Part shown: positions 24,724-37,200 of the stretch, one piece after another
Numbering within the stretch: the stretch's first letter is position 1
Layout: each line of letters starts with the position of its first letter
Assembly (NCBI RefSeq): GCF_000143415.4
Contig: NW_003314293.1
Location: forward strand, 124,001 to 188,000
DNA: 64,000 nt
Source: Selaginella moellendorffii
Taxonomy: Eukaryota > Plantae > Lycopodiophyta
Direction of reading: 5' to 3'
Program-made: the position numbers and the translations under genes
Notes under the pieces: model-generated
What the model was told of the DNA's origin: nothing
The model's input: only the letters and a program-made list of their open reading frames with translations
The model's database searches: none

Positions 24724-25146
24724 TCATATAAAATGACAGTCTTGTAGCAAATTTAATTGTGAAAGTTCAGTACGTCTTATTTCTACTGATAAAAATAAAG
24801 ATCGATCTACTAGTGTAACAAAACCCCCACTACGACGTGTAATACAATGTTCTTTTATAAATTTTATAGCTTCTAAAATATCATTTCTAGTTTCTATAAG
24901 ATTACGAGTTCTTCTTCTTGTTACTAATAAAGCAAATTTAAGATTTATAGAGCTTTCTCTATACCTCATTTGAAATGGATTTCTATACCATTGATTTAAT
25001 ATATTTGTTGAAGCTTGACAATATTCATTATCACTAATTCTTAAATGTCTTCCTCTCATATAACAAGATTCAATTGCAGAGCTTGAATAACAAAGAGATT
25101 TTATAAAACTATTTACTAGAAATAATAATAATATATTAAAATACAT
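24724..25146 (-). CDS. Putative small secreted Cys-containing protein (140 aa), very AT-rich
   Basis: ATG-initiated 423-bp ORF in AT-rich DNA with a hydrophobic N-terminus and 5 Cys. No family recognised. Confidence 0.5.
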   Translation of the reverse strand: MYFNILLLFLVNSFIKSLCYSSSAIESCYMRGRHLRISDNEYCQASTNILNQWYRNPFQMRYRESSINLKFALLVTRRRTRNLIETRNDILEAIKFIKEHCITRRSGGFVTLVDRSLFLSVEIRRTELSQLNLLQDCHFI

Positions 25147-25462
25147 ATTTATATATTATGATAATATTTAATAAAAGTAAAAAAATTATTTTTAAAAAAA
25201 GTATGGATATGAGAGCTCAGAATACCAAAATGTGCATATTTGTATTAGCCTGAAACACTAACTTATATATAAAAGAGCAAGTGCTCCGGATTGAATTCAA
25301 TCTAACACTTATCAAAATCCCACTAAAGTAATATTAGTAAAGAACACCATAACCAAACACTTGGACCTTATATAGATAATTACATAGATGAGAACTATTG
25401 CTAACACCTACATTGAGTTTTTATCTATTAACTATTCCTTATATACATAGTTATATATGTGG

Positions 25463-25469
<7 letters not shown>

Positions 25470-25536
<67 letters not shown>
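25470..25536. repeat. (AT)n microsatellite
   Basis: Directly visible. Confidence 0.98.
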
Positions 25537-25538
<2 letters not shown>

Positions 25539-26201
25539 CTTAAACTCTAACTCTATGTGTATGTTGGAATATGGGAAGAACTATATTAATTATGGTCCAA
25601 GACTAAGTTCAAACTTAATTAGATGGTCCATAGTTTACACTAATTAATTTCATAGAAATATATAGAATTTCAAAAGGATGTCTGTTCTATGAGAATCTTT
25701 GTGTGACATGAGGTTGGACGAGGTACGCCTAGTTAGCAGACGTCCAGATATAAGTGTCCTGGCGTACCACCCGGTTCAACATGCACCCGATTGGACCATT
25801 CGATACGTCCGGCCCGAATCAACCTCGTCTCCACTTGCACACTTGCACGCACGGTCATCTAGCTTCGCAATTAAATGCCTCTGCAAAATATACTGTTGAT
25901 GAAAATTTAACAGAAAGAGAGAATTCATATTATCATTTTCTTTTCCAAACTATGGTGGACGAGAACGAACACGTCCTTGTGAGAGGAGTCTTGTGCGATG
26001 TTGAAAACTTTGCCCCCCCTCGGCAACTTAAACGCGGGGAGCTGCAACTGGACTGACCTCTAGGAAAACAATTCTGGCCAATCCAACCAACGCAGCAGCT
26101 AAAACCTCCTAGTCTACGAACTCGAAAAAAGAGAGAAAAAAAAAATACAGACCCTTGTCGAAAGAGTTTGATGATGCAAAGTTGGTGTGTTCTTCCGCTT
26201 T

Positions 26202-27656
26202 TCAATCCATGACGCAATTCGCTGGAGCAAAGCCGATCCTGGAGCGCTCGAGGTCGTGCTCGATCAAGTAATCCTGCTGCTGGTAGTTTCCAATCACGTT
26301 AACTCCGCCCTGCGCGACCGCCCCGGCATTCACGAACGCCAGGCAGATGGTCACCACTTGCGGCGTCCTGGCCAAAGGTACCCACACACTCGCTTCTCGG
26401 AGCTCCATGTCTACGTTGTTCTTGAAGTGGAGCGTGACGAGCGGAGCCGTTGGTAGCCTCGCGTCACCGGCAGCTACGTCGTAGCACAGCTCCTTTGTAA
26501 AATCACTTCCGCTCGTTCGATTGAGGTGTAAGACCCGGCGTCCAAACGCTTCCACCAGTGCTGTGTGAGCCGGCTCCACCAGGAAAGACACCGTCGTTCC
26601 AGAGTCGAAATAAGTTCCACCGTTCCCGAGCCTGTCGATCTTGAATGCCGAGCGTGGGATGTGGAGCAGCTCCCCCCCGACACTTATTCCTTGCAAGCCG
26701 ACGTAGTAGAAGTCGACGATACTCGCAATTGGAGGCTCCTGCTCCAGAGATAGATACTGGAAGTGGTGCGCTGGAATTCCCGAGTCCCCGAAAATTATAA
26801 CTCCGGACGAGTTGAGATGCTCTGCTCGGTTCGGGAAGCAGTAGGAGAACCTGTCCGATAGCCCGCTCTTACTCCGGCTCCCAATCTGAGCGGGAAACGA
26901 GAAACTCCCCCGGTTGAGTCCCAGAGTTCCCGACGAAAAGTCTACCGGACGCTGGAGGTCTTTGCTTGCGCAGCCGAATATCACGTCCCCCAGGGTCGAC
27001 GCCGCTCCATCCCAGCTCTGCAGGCTGAAAATCTCCCGGGCGATGACACCGTACGCCTCGCTTCCGTCCAAGTATGCCACTTGGAAGCTGCACGAGCCTG
27101 TGGACCGGTTGCAAGCGCTCTGGAATCCCAACTTGCTGCGGCCGAGGCACACCGAGGAGGTGCAAGGCTCGGAGATGAAAGACGACGACAGCCCCGGATT
27201 GAAAGGCGGAACTTTGGTGGGAGAACAGTTGGTGCACGACGTCCCCTGGACCCAAGTTAGCTCGCTTGCGGTGTCAACCAACAGAAGGACTTCCCTGGGA
27301 GGCGTACCAATCTTCGTTTGCATGTAGTAAGCGGTGGTGAGCTGAGCGAGTGACGAAACCGGATCTTCACGCGACTTTGACACTTCATGTTGCCTCTCAA
27401 CCTGTGCCTGGGCCGTTCTTCTCGACCGCGACAATTCTCTTCCCGTTATGCTGAAGCATCTGGCTCGAGGAGCAGCAGCATCATTTGGCGAGCTGAGAAG
27501 AAGCGATCGCAAATGGAGACGATCGGGTCGGCCGGTGGTATTCCAGCAGCTTACCTGCATTAGCAGCAGGAGCAGGAGCAAGTAAATCAGGAGGATGATT
27601 GCTGATGCATGCATTCTAACAGCCACACAATCAAGCAGCATCTTCACCAAGCTCAT
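26202..27656 (-). CDS. Pepsin-family (A1, nepenthesin/TAXI-like) aspartic protease, intronless
   Basis: Signal peptide, YYMQTKIGTPP, LVDTASELTW, FDSGTTVS, GTLGLNRG and VIGNYQQQ...IGFAPANC. Confidence 0.93.
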   Translation of the reverse strand: MSLVKMLLDCVAVRMHASAIILLIYLLLLLLLMQVSCWNTTGRPDRLHLRSLLLSSPNDAAAPRARCFSITGRELSRSRRTAQAQVERQHEVSKSREDPVSSLAQLTTAYYMQTKIGTPPREVLLLVDTASELTWVQGTSCTNCSPTKVPPFNPGLSSSFISEPCTSSVCLGRSKLGFQSACNRSTGSCSFQVAYLDGSEAYGVIAREIFSLQSWDGAASTLGDVIFGCASKDLQRPVDFSSGTLGLNRGSFSFPAQIGSRSKSGLSDRFSYCFPNRAEHLNSSGVIIFGDSGIPAHHFQYLSLEQEPPIASIVDFYYVGLQGISVGGELLHIPRSAFKIDRLGNGGTYFDSGTTVSFLVEPAHTALVEAFGRRVLHLNRTSGSDFTKELCYDVAAGDARLPTAPLVTLHFKNNVDMELREASVWVPLARTPQVVTICLAFVNAGAVAQGGVNVIGNYQQQDYLIEHDLERSRIGFAPANCVMD

Positions 27657-28268
27657 GAATGCCTTATCAACGAGGAGAAAACCAACTTAAACAAATTGCA
27701 AGAGAGAAACTTACGAGGATCTATATTGCGTGACGACGATTCCTTGCTCGGCTCGGCTCGACCGCTCGTGTAGAAAAACCCCGCTGCAAGCGATTGACCA
27801 AGCGAATTCTCTGGACGACTTCTACCATGTTTCCAAGGGATTTAAGACCTGGTTGCGTTGTTTCCAAAGGATCTGCAGCTGAATTTTGTGAGAATGATTA
27901 TGAACTGCGGTTGCCAACGAAAATATATATCAGGCAAATGATTGTACGGTTGCCGCGAGTTAAAGCCAAGCCTGCGCAAGCGGTCATGTCCATCACTGAG
28001 AGAAACAGCGGATTATTTCCAGTAAATTCAGAAATAAACAAAACAGTAGCTTACAGATTAGACAAGAGCATGACGTTTTGACCATGTGTGAAGTTTAATC
28101 AGCATGACGTTTGTGTCGAACGCCGACGAATCTCTTAGTTCTGCCAGAACTACAAGCAAAAAGGTGTTACATACAGATATGAAAATGCTGTACACAAACG
28201 GAAGACTCCCTCGCAGATTCGAAGGACAAGGCGAGCACTCAAGCCTGGGTCAGCCTACAACGATTTCT

Positions 28269-30619
28269 CTATGCCTGTCCACATTTGCGAAGACATCTAA
28301 AACCCTCTTCTTCGTACTCTTGTCTTGTAATCCAGAAATCAGATGTATCCTGCGCGGTTGAGCTGTTGAATTAGCAAGTAAAATGTTTTCAAGTACCTTC
28401 ATGATGCCAGCTAAAACTGCACCACCCAAGTAAACCATGTGCTTCCGCCGGGGAGGGTCTTCAATTCGAAGCTTGAACTTCTGCAACCATTTGTAGTTTA
28501 GAAACGAAACGACAATAAGACTACCCTCACCTTCAAACCCTCTTTATTTCCTTTCAAAACTGTCTTGAGGTAAAAATCTCGAATCTCCCTCTCTAACCTG
28601 GCCAAAGGAGACGAAACCGTACATTTGACATCAAGAGCTCTAAATAGAAACACTTACCGGCTAGGTAGACCAGGATACATTGTGCTTCCTCCACTTAGGA
28701 CAATGTGTTGATAAAGCTGCAGTCCTACCACAAGTAAAAATCTCAAGGACACAGCAAAAAAGGATTTACCGTCATCCGATTGTCAATGTCCATTTCTTGA
28801 ATGCATCTGAATACAAGCTCGGCAAGTCCTCCTCCTTCCATATCCAGCAGTTCCTGGACAAAACTCTCTAAAGTTACAACGTGAATACCAGCAAAGGTAA
28901 CAGTGCTAACCGGATTGAACAACGCTTCTGGTGCTTGGAAGCGTTCCGCGCCTACCTTTATGACTCGTCCATCTGGCAACTGAAAACAAACAGATTTTAT
29001 AAGTTCACCCCAGGTTACAAATTACAAACCGTATATTGCTTCACCACAATAGTTGTCTCCAGTGCCAATTGAGTTTCTCGCTTGTAGTCAAAACTTTAAG
29101 ACAACAATTTTAGTTAGAAATCAGCTCGTGATCTAGCACGCTGACAAACCTGACATAACATAGCCTCTCTTTCATTTCCCTTACTGTTTCAAAGTCCGCG
29201 CTCCTGTTAAAAGCGTACCTACAAGGAGAAAAAGAAACACCAAGCTAAAATGAACTAGTATAAAAGCAGTCAGCTTTACCCTCTACGGAGCAGAAGATCG
29301 ATAAGGTAGGAGGTAACATGACGCCCTGCAATATTCATGCGTTTTGTGAGGTGAGGGAACGAGTACCCATCTACAACAGGTACCTAGCACCACGGTTACA
29401 GTTACAATCGAGATGACAAACGAGAAAGATAAAGTAGAAGTTGATACTTACAATGTGTGTAACTCCGTCTCCAGAGTCAACTACGAGCCCCGTTAATAAT
29501 CCTGCTCATTCAAGAAAACACAACAGTACATTAACGTAAGGTCTTTGCTCAAAGAACCTTGGGCATAGAGTGTTAAAACGGCCTGAATTTGGATATAAAC
29601 AGCTGCAAAATTGTACTTCTCAAACATAGTCTCAACCTGATTAAAACCTTTGGTTATGGCTAGAAACCAGGTTCAAAAGAACGTACCATTCTTTCGCGAT
29701 TCTTAGTAGGATTAAGTGGAGGATCAGTAAGCAATATTTTGCACTCCGAAGGGTTAATCTGTAATATTTCACCATCATAGACGTGCCACAAAAACATTTG
29801 AACCGTGGAACTTACTCTTAGAACGTTCTGAAATGCATGATCCCAGACGTGCCCCATATCTTCCCAACTTTGTACAATGCCATTGCTCACCGGATACGAT
29901 ACCTCAAGCTGATGTCTTAGTTCTGTACACGCATCCCCCACAACTATGTCCTGCCTCTTACATGATTAAAAGAACGAAAAGAAAAATTTGACGAAGCAAA
30001 CTATACCTTTAATTCCTGCTCCGTGAGCGACTCTTCGTACCGGAGCATTGGCCTTCCAACCATGCAGGGAAAAACCGCAGTGGGAAAATTCTCACCCGCA
30101 AACCCGCATTTGATGAACTGCACGAAGAATAATAGTCACTTTCTAATGAGATATCAAGATCACAAAAACTCCGGACAGCAAGGAGGAAGAATAAATCTCT
30201 CTGGAGTCTGTAGGTGGTATTTATCTCTCTCTCCAGCAGACGCTCTGGAACGAAAAGAGCTCGTGTATGAGACACAATAAATTTGTCTTTCTTTCCCAAC
30301 CAGGAAAAGATATCTAGAAAGGAGTTTCCTTTCAGGAGAGCCCAAACAAGCCAACAGAACAAATATAAATCGAAAATGCGGCTGGAAGATCGTCCTGAGA
30401 GAAATCACGGATTCTCACAGAGAGCAAGCAAGAGCACGGATTATCCCGACTAGCAGTGCCTCAAATGCAGCAGGGAAACCAAGGCGAGAAGGCGAGAGAG
30501 AGGAGAAAGAGAGACCAAGTACGGATTTCCTCCCTAGAATGCACAGCTGCGAGCGCTGGAGCCAAATCTCGAGATCTTACCCCTGTTCCATTGTCACAGA
30601 CGATGACATCGTGTGCCAT
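28269..30619 (-). CDS. ARP2: Actin-related protein 2, multi-exon
   Basis: Exons encode [49 protein letters not shown] and [24 protein letters not shown]. Short GT-AG introns; stop at 28269-28271. Confidence 0.95.
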
Positions 30620-30732
30620 CGCCAGAGGATCGGCGCCCCCAGCGCCTCGCGAGAGAGGAAGGGACCACAAACCCTAACCCCGTTATTTTGCTGTAGACAG
30701 AGCATTAGGGTTTTTCGGGGTAGAGTAGTGCT

Positions 30733-32599
30733 ATGCAGCATTTGCGGCATCGAGGAGGAGGAGGAGGAGGAGGAGCTACGCCACTGCTCGGCGGCGCGGA
30801 CGCATCGATCGCCGCCGAGAATGCCGAATTCAAGGCGGCGTCCGGGCGGACGCCCATGGGAATGCGCAAGAAAGGAATGGGGGTGAGAATGTGGCTCGTG
30901 ATCAACAGCTCCGGCGTCCAGCGCCTCGAGGCCGGTAAACACGCGATAATGCGAAGAACATCGCTGCCGGCTAGGGACTTGAGGATTCTGGACCCGCTGC
31001 TGTCGTATCCATCCACGATTTTGGGGCGGGAGCGCGCCATCGTCGTGAATCTAGAGCACATCAAGGCGATTATCTCGGCTCACGAGGTCCTGCTTCTCAA
31101 TTCCAAGGACCCTCTCGTTGCTCCGTTCGTGAACGAGCTTAGAGGTCGGCTTCCAGTTCACTACAACGCTCTGGGACAACAGGTAAGAAAAGGAAGTTTT
31201 ATTCTCTCGTACTTTCTCTTATACGTAAGAAACTTTCCAGGTTCCAGGGGATGGTGGTGGTGGGATGAGCGACACCGAAATCCCATCGAGACCATCTCAG
31301 GATGATGAAACTAACGGATCCATCGACGCCTCCATCTCATTAGAAGCTCCTGAAGGTTCCAGTTTCAAGTTTAGCAATGATCTCCAGAACAAAGGCGGGC
31401 CTAGCGTATTGCCTTTCGAATTTCGAGCTCTGGAAGCTTGTCTCGAGGCTGCTTGTAGTTGCCTTGATGCGGAGGTGATTCAAGCTCTTTCCGGGTTCGC
31501 TATTTGAATTAATTGTTTTCTTACAGACAAATGCACTGGAACAACAAGCATATCCTGCCTTGGACGAGCTCACGTCGAAGATCAGCACACTCAATCTCGA
31601 GCGTGTAAGATTGATAAAGTCTCGGCTCGTTGCCATATCAGGGCGTGTCCAGAAGGTAAGAGCTATCATTTAGATGCTTCTTACGCTTTGGGGTGATTTT
31701 TTCTTTTCTTTTTCGTGATTTTGAATCTCAAAGGTCAGAGATGAGATAGAGCAATTGTTAGACGATGATGGAGACATGGCTGAAATGTACTTGACAGATA
31801 AGCTATCTCGCCAGCAGCTGGATGGAGTGCCATCGCCTCCTGCCTATGACATGGACGAGGAAGAAAAAGACAATGCTGAAGAGAACGAACAAAGGTAGGT
31901 CTTAAATCAGAACTAAGTTCTGATTTAATCCTTGCTCTCAACAGGCTCGATGACAGACAGGCTGCCGAGAAGAACCAATTCGTGTAAGAAAGTTTCCTTT
32001 CACTGCGGTGTTCGCTGAATTTTGGACGTTTCCAGGCCCGACGTGAAAGCGGAAGCTCAAACCGCGTTTGAAGCCATGCGAGAAACCTTGAGTGGACTTC
32101 ACAAGGGCGATGGACTCAGCAGCAGCTCCCGGAGCAGCAACAAGAGCAGCAGTAACCACAGCAACCACCCAAAGCAAAACCTCGACGTGGAGGAGCTGGA
32201 GATGCTGCTCGAGGCCTACTTCGTCCAGATCGATGGCACACTCAACAAGCTCTCAACTGTAAGTTTCTCTTTAGTCTCCAAAGAGATAGATTCCAATCTT
32301 TGCAAACTTGTGAGCAGCTCAGGGACTACGTCGAAGACACGGAAGACTACATCAACATAATGCTGGACGACAAGCAAAACCATCTCTTGCAAATGGGGGT
32401 GATGCTCACGACCGCGACGCTGGTGGTGAGTGGATTCATCGTCGTCACTGGGATCTTTGGGATGAACATAAGGATCTCTCTTTTCAACGAGGGGACGCTC
32501 ACGCAGTTCCTTTGGGTCGTCGGCGGCGCGGGCGTTGGAGCGCTCCTGGTGTATATTCTTGTCATTGGATGGTGTAGATATAAGCGCCTCCTTGAATAA
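30733..32599 (+). CDS. MRS2: MRS2/CorA-type magnesium transporter, multi-exon
   Basis: LPARDLRILDP, RERAIVVNLEHIKAII, LPFEFRALEACLE, LEMLLEAYF and the GMN motif (GIFGMNI) between two TM helices. Confidence 0.95.
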
Positions 32600-32665
32600 A
32601 TCTGGGCCGTTAGATATGACTCAAATTGAAGTTCTCTTCTGCTCTGACCTAACCCTAGGGCGGCT

Positions 32666-33394
32666 ATGGCGGTCTTTACATTCGTGTGCAAGCACACTGG
32701 CGGCTCTTGGAACGCCAAGCAACGGGGAGGCGATCTAGAAGGCAGCGCTGCGAATCCGCTGGAGCTCCAGAAGCAGATGCGCGATCTGGCGCTGCAATCC
32801 GCGGGCGCCGGTGCCGTCTCTGTGGATTTCGCGCTCATCACACCCTCGGCTGGGGTTCTCCAGGTAAGCGATCGCTCGCTCTGCCTGGTTTCGTTTCTAG
32901 GGTCCTGGTAAAAGCAGAGGTTTTTGATCTTGTGAATGAGATAATCTCTCGTCGATCCCAGGTAGATTTCTCTTGCATCATTTTAGGTGGTGAGCTACTG
33001 CTGTGTCCTCCAGGCAGATGGTTCAATCCATGGTGCTAGATTTCTCTTCTAGATCGAGTTTGCTGAGTGATGTAAATCGAAAGACCGATGAGCTATGCCA
33101 GTTTTTGGCTATCGCTCTGTCCATGAGGTTTCTTTTATGTCATAGTTACACTGACAGCAAGCTCTTAACTGATCTCTTCGTTTAGTTTGCTCGTTTTGAG
33201 TCGCTCACTTCTTCGTGTTGGTGATCTAGGTGATTGTTGGAGGCGGCGCTGGCGGAGCAGCGTTCGCTAGCGGTGGTGGAGCTCCAGCGGCTGGTGGCGC
33301 CGCCGCCGCCGCCCCAGCCCCAGCGGAGGAAGAAAAGAAGGAAGAGAAGGAAGCCAGCGAAGACGAAGACATGGGATTCTCCCTCTTCGACTAG
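32666..33394 (+). CDS. RPP3: 60S acidic ribosomal protein P3 (exons 32666-32863 and 33230-33394)
   Basis: Plant P3 N-terminus MAVFTFVCK...W.AKQ..GDLEGSA, an Ala/Gly hinge and the C-terminal EDEDMGFSLFD. Confidence 0.93.
33060..33160 (+). ncRNA. Intronic box C/D snoRNA, U40/SNORD46/snR63 type
   Basis: Box C GTGATGT at 33067, box D CTGA at 33151 and a terminal stem TTGCTG/CAGCAA. The guide GTCATAGTTAC is complementary to LSU rRNA helix-69 GUAACUAUGAC. Confidence 0.88.
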
Positions 33395-33544
33395 GTGCGC
33401 TTCCCATTGCGCTTCTTCCCTTGTTTCCTTGCTCAAGCTAGAGAAACTTACGAGTTTTGGATCACTCTTGTCCCCTCGTTCGTGGGCTTCTAAAGATCTG
33501 GGGCCTTTACAGCAATCTCCCGGCCACGCCAGCTCCAACTTTGA

Positions 33545-33930
33545 TCATCCACAAGAAAGCCAGCCACATTGGAACGTTGTGCTTTCGTCGCCCCCATACG
33601 TAAAACTTGAGAAGCGTGTGAAGACCGGGGAGAGGATGGAATATACCCTGTCCGCTAGGCCATGAGGTAATAGATGTGGTGCGCGATGAAGAGGCGATCC
33701 GACGGCGACGTAGTGGAGGAGATCGACGGCGAAGAGGGCCGCGCTCCACTCCATGATCTTGTTCTGGAGGGCGTCGAGGATCCAGTGCGTGGTGATGGCT
33801 AGGGTTGATGCGACGAGGCTGTGCGCGAAGGCGATGACGCTGCTGCAGGCGCGGATCCGCCAGCGCCGGAAGCAAATCGACCAGGCGATGGTGTACTGAG
33901 CCAGGATTGCGCCGGCGCCGCTGCCGCCGC
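33545..33930 (-). pseudogene. TLC-domain (TMEM136-like) membrane protein remnant
   Basis: The segments ACSSVIAFAHS, LQNKIMEWSAALFAVDLLHY, LFIAHH (shifted frame) and ADRVYSILSPVF are juxtaposed by deletions and frameshifts. Confidence 0.6.
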
Positions 33931-34084
33931 GAGATTCTGGGCCTGGGATTGAGCTGCATTGTCAAAATCAAATGTCATCTTGCGCGGGAAAACTTCACAC
34001 GAAAGGGAGTCGGAGCAGAACCCTAATCTGGCAAACGCTTTGAGCACAACTTCCATCCCGATTGTAGGTAGAGCTCAAGACATG

Positions 34085-34243
34085 TCCAGTTAGTAAGTCG
34101 TTAAACGGGTACACAAGCAGGTTTGATGGCGGTTCATCACCCGGACCTCCAACCACACCAGAATGTTTCCTGGCCGACTCAAATACCGGGCAAGTGTAAA
34201 CCATTGCCAAGAGGAAGGTCATCAAAATAAAGAGCCTCGTCAT
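34085..34243 (-). pseudogene. Internally deleted paralogue of the 59053-59586 secreted protein
   Basis: MTRLFILMTFLLAMVYTC vs MTKLFSFAIFLLAMALTC, and PPSNLLVYPFNDLL vs TPSNRLAYPFRDLL. Confidence 0.7.
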
Positions 34244-37200
34244 TGAAAATCCAATAGAATGTAAGGGTTTGGTATCATTGTTATGAGACAAAGTGATTTC
34301 CTCTTTTTTGTTTTGCTGAAAATATACTTTAGAGTTTTGCTGGAATTACTTCCAGTAAAACAAATGCCAAGAATTTCTTGTTAAGTTGGAAGGGGATGGG
34401 GACAAGAACAGAACTTTTGAAACCAATGGGGGCGTGGAACTCTTTCAACAATGCCCTGCACATTGAAAGGTAGAATCCTTGTTATGGTTAGTACTGTCAT
34501 CGAATCAATATAAGCAAGTTTGTTTCCTTTTCCATAGATTATGTTCTTACATGTCTATTTGAAAAATGCTTTGGAGATGTGACACCGTGATACTCAGCCT
34601 CCAAAACTTGAGCCATGTAGTGGAGGAGCCTGACAGCGAATAAGGCAGTAAGTGGGGGAATTAAATCCAGAGTGTGAGATGGAGACCTTGTGGATGTGAG
34701 GGAGAACATTTGCATAGCATTATATGTTTTTTTCTTGTTAAATGGTATTTATGAAAAAAAAAAAGAAATTGGGTGATATGGAATTGCAGAACTAGATGCT
34801 GTAAAGTCCACAGTGTGAACAACTGAGCTCAAACATTGGTCCCAATGCAAACTAGACCTCCAAGCAAAAGCCACCACCTCCGAGGCCATAATCGAGCCTC
34901 TATTGTCTTTAAAGTGCTAGAAGCCCATGCGTACCAAATTTGCCACTGGCTTGGGGTCACCGAAAACTGTACACCACACCTGCTATGCAATCCTCCACTG
35001 TGTCTAAGAAGGTCCGTGTGGTCGGCAGCCAATCACGGTTGCAGTAGTAGATTCAAGTGTATGAAGGGTACAAAGGTAGTGTACTCTCTCTCCTCTCCTT
35101 TATATCATCATACACGTCCATCCATACATTTACACTGTACCAAGAGCCAAAATGCATTATATGTGGGGTTCTTACTTTTCCTCATGGACAAGGCTATGTT
35201 ACAACCATATGGAGAAGCCTACAGGAGATTAATTCCCATGGACTTAATGGTGCGTAAAACTTTCTTCCGGCTCAGATTGCTCCTATATGACCAAGTTCTT
35301 GTGATCTCATTCAAACAGCACTTGAGAACTCTGAAGTTGAAAGTTATCTACGGTTGTGAGATTGGGGATGTGTTGGTTTGGGAGATAGAAATTTGGACGC
35401 TGGGATTGTTATTCAGATCACAGCAATGGTAATATTTTGAATTTTATTTGACCGGCTGAGTTTCTAACTGTCAATTGCCAAGGTTTCTTCGTTCATGGAG
35501 AGGGAGGCACCTCCTGGCATTTTAGAAAGCACCCTGGAAGCTCACTATTGCAAAATAAAGACAGACATGAATTATAGACTTGGGATTCTATTTCATTCAT
35601 TTTCCCAGGCAACATTTGTGGGGTGGTTGATATTCCAAGTGTTCAAGTGCAATGCACAAGTGTCAAAAGGATGCACCACTGCTCCCCTTCCCAAAGCAGC
35701 GATAAAGCGTTTGTCTTTACAAGATGGACATGAAGTGACTTGCTTCAACGAGTGCCAAATGAGCCGACCGAGGAGGCATGTAAGAAGGCCATCAAGTCCA
35801 TAGCAAAGGGAAAATACCATCAAAAATCAGCATGCAAAGTTGGAACTCTTACCTTCACTCTCAACCAATATGTTGTGGCCTCCAGAATTGGTGCCGCCAT
35901 GTTGACACTTCGTGATTCCTCAAGAATTTGTCCAATGCCACTGTCGCAAAAGAGTCTGTCGTAGTTGGCCTTGGCCACCCTACATTGTCAGGATTTTGTC
36001 CTACTGCTCCCAGTAAGGTATTGCCTGTTTCTTTAGCATGTGCCGCACAAAGGTTGCACCATTGGCCCAATCGAATTCCTTATGGCCAGCAATGCTCTTG
36101 AGCATTTCATCTTCCACGCAGTTTGCAACACCACAATGCTCAAGCAGCTTGTGTTTAAGCCACCGCACCAGTGACAAGAGGCCTTGGTTGTCAGCTAGAT
36201 TCGTGATGAGTTCAACTGCAGAGGTGGTGTCGTTAATTGCAGCAGCCTCCTTGTTGTGCAACGGTCCGCATCTTGGACTGCAAGAGCTGCCCCTCATCCA
36301 TCCACTTTCTCTGCTTAGTTTCAAACCCGCATGAACCTCTTGCTAGCAATAGAAGAAATTAGTATTTTTGAAGTGCTGCTTATGTGGCCATATGTGCATT
36401 GTCTAAAATATCTGAAACAGGCACTGGAGCCTCGCATTGCAGTCTTAATCGGGAAAGGATGGCAGTGGACTGCTTCTGTCCTCTGCCAGTGTAAGCACCT
36501 GACCATACCTGCAGCTGTATCTCCATCGACACGGAATCTTCATCGTCAGCCGCTACTTCACCTAACTGTTGCCTCCTCCTGTGGCCTCCACGTCCTTGTC
36601 ATCTTCAGCTTCTCAATGGTGCAGGTGTTGGTGCCTACCTTGCTCAGATGCTGATGCAAGAACACTTGCCACAAATCAAGGGTGGTAAAGTATTAAAAGT
36701 ATTGTGGAGTTTTAGCACTATCACTTTTCTTCCGAGCACAAGCCCGAGCAGAGCTTTGGTAGAGATTCCAATACTTGCCTGTCATGTGGTTCATCATGTT
36801 GTACAGAAAAACTACAGTAGCCTAGCTTACATTACTCTTGTTGCAAACCACCTCACGCTTTCCAACATGGTGGCTTGATTGGAACCTCTCTAACTTGGCC
36901 AACTCTACCTCCCCTTGTGAGATTCATATACAAATGCCCCAATCTGAGTGATCCTTGCAGCTGGGATGTTGCGGGGTGGGTCTTGAAGGATATGTTGAAT
37001 GGCATGTTGGACCATACAACCCCTACACGTAATGGCATGGTTTCTGTGCTTTTGATGGAGCGATGTACCAGCAAGTTATACATCTTATTAAACTTGCTGC
37101 CACCCAACAACCCCTTGAATGTTCTTAAGTAAAAACTACCTTGATTTTCTCGCATTGAGACCACCACTACCACCACCACCACCACCATTCCCATCCTAAG

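Noticed and set aside
25459-25647. ORF with YIYIYI run
   Set aside because: Translation of the (AT)n microsatellite.
34836-37194. Medium ORFs, possibly decayed gene fragments (weak ankyrin-like feel at 35900-36500, minus)
   Set aside because: No motif I can identify with confidence, and the frames are inconsistent.
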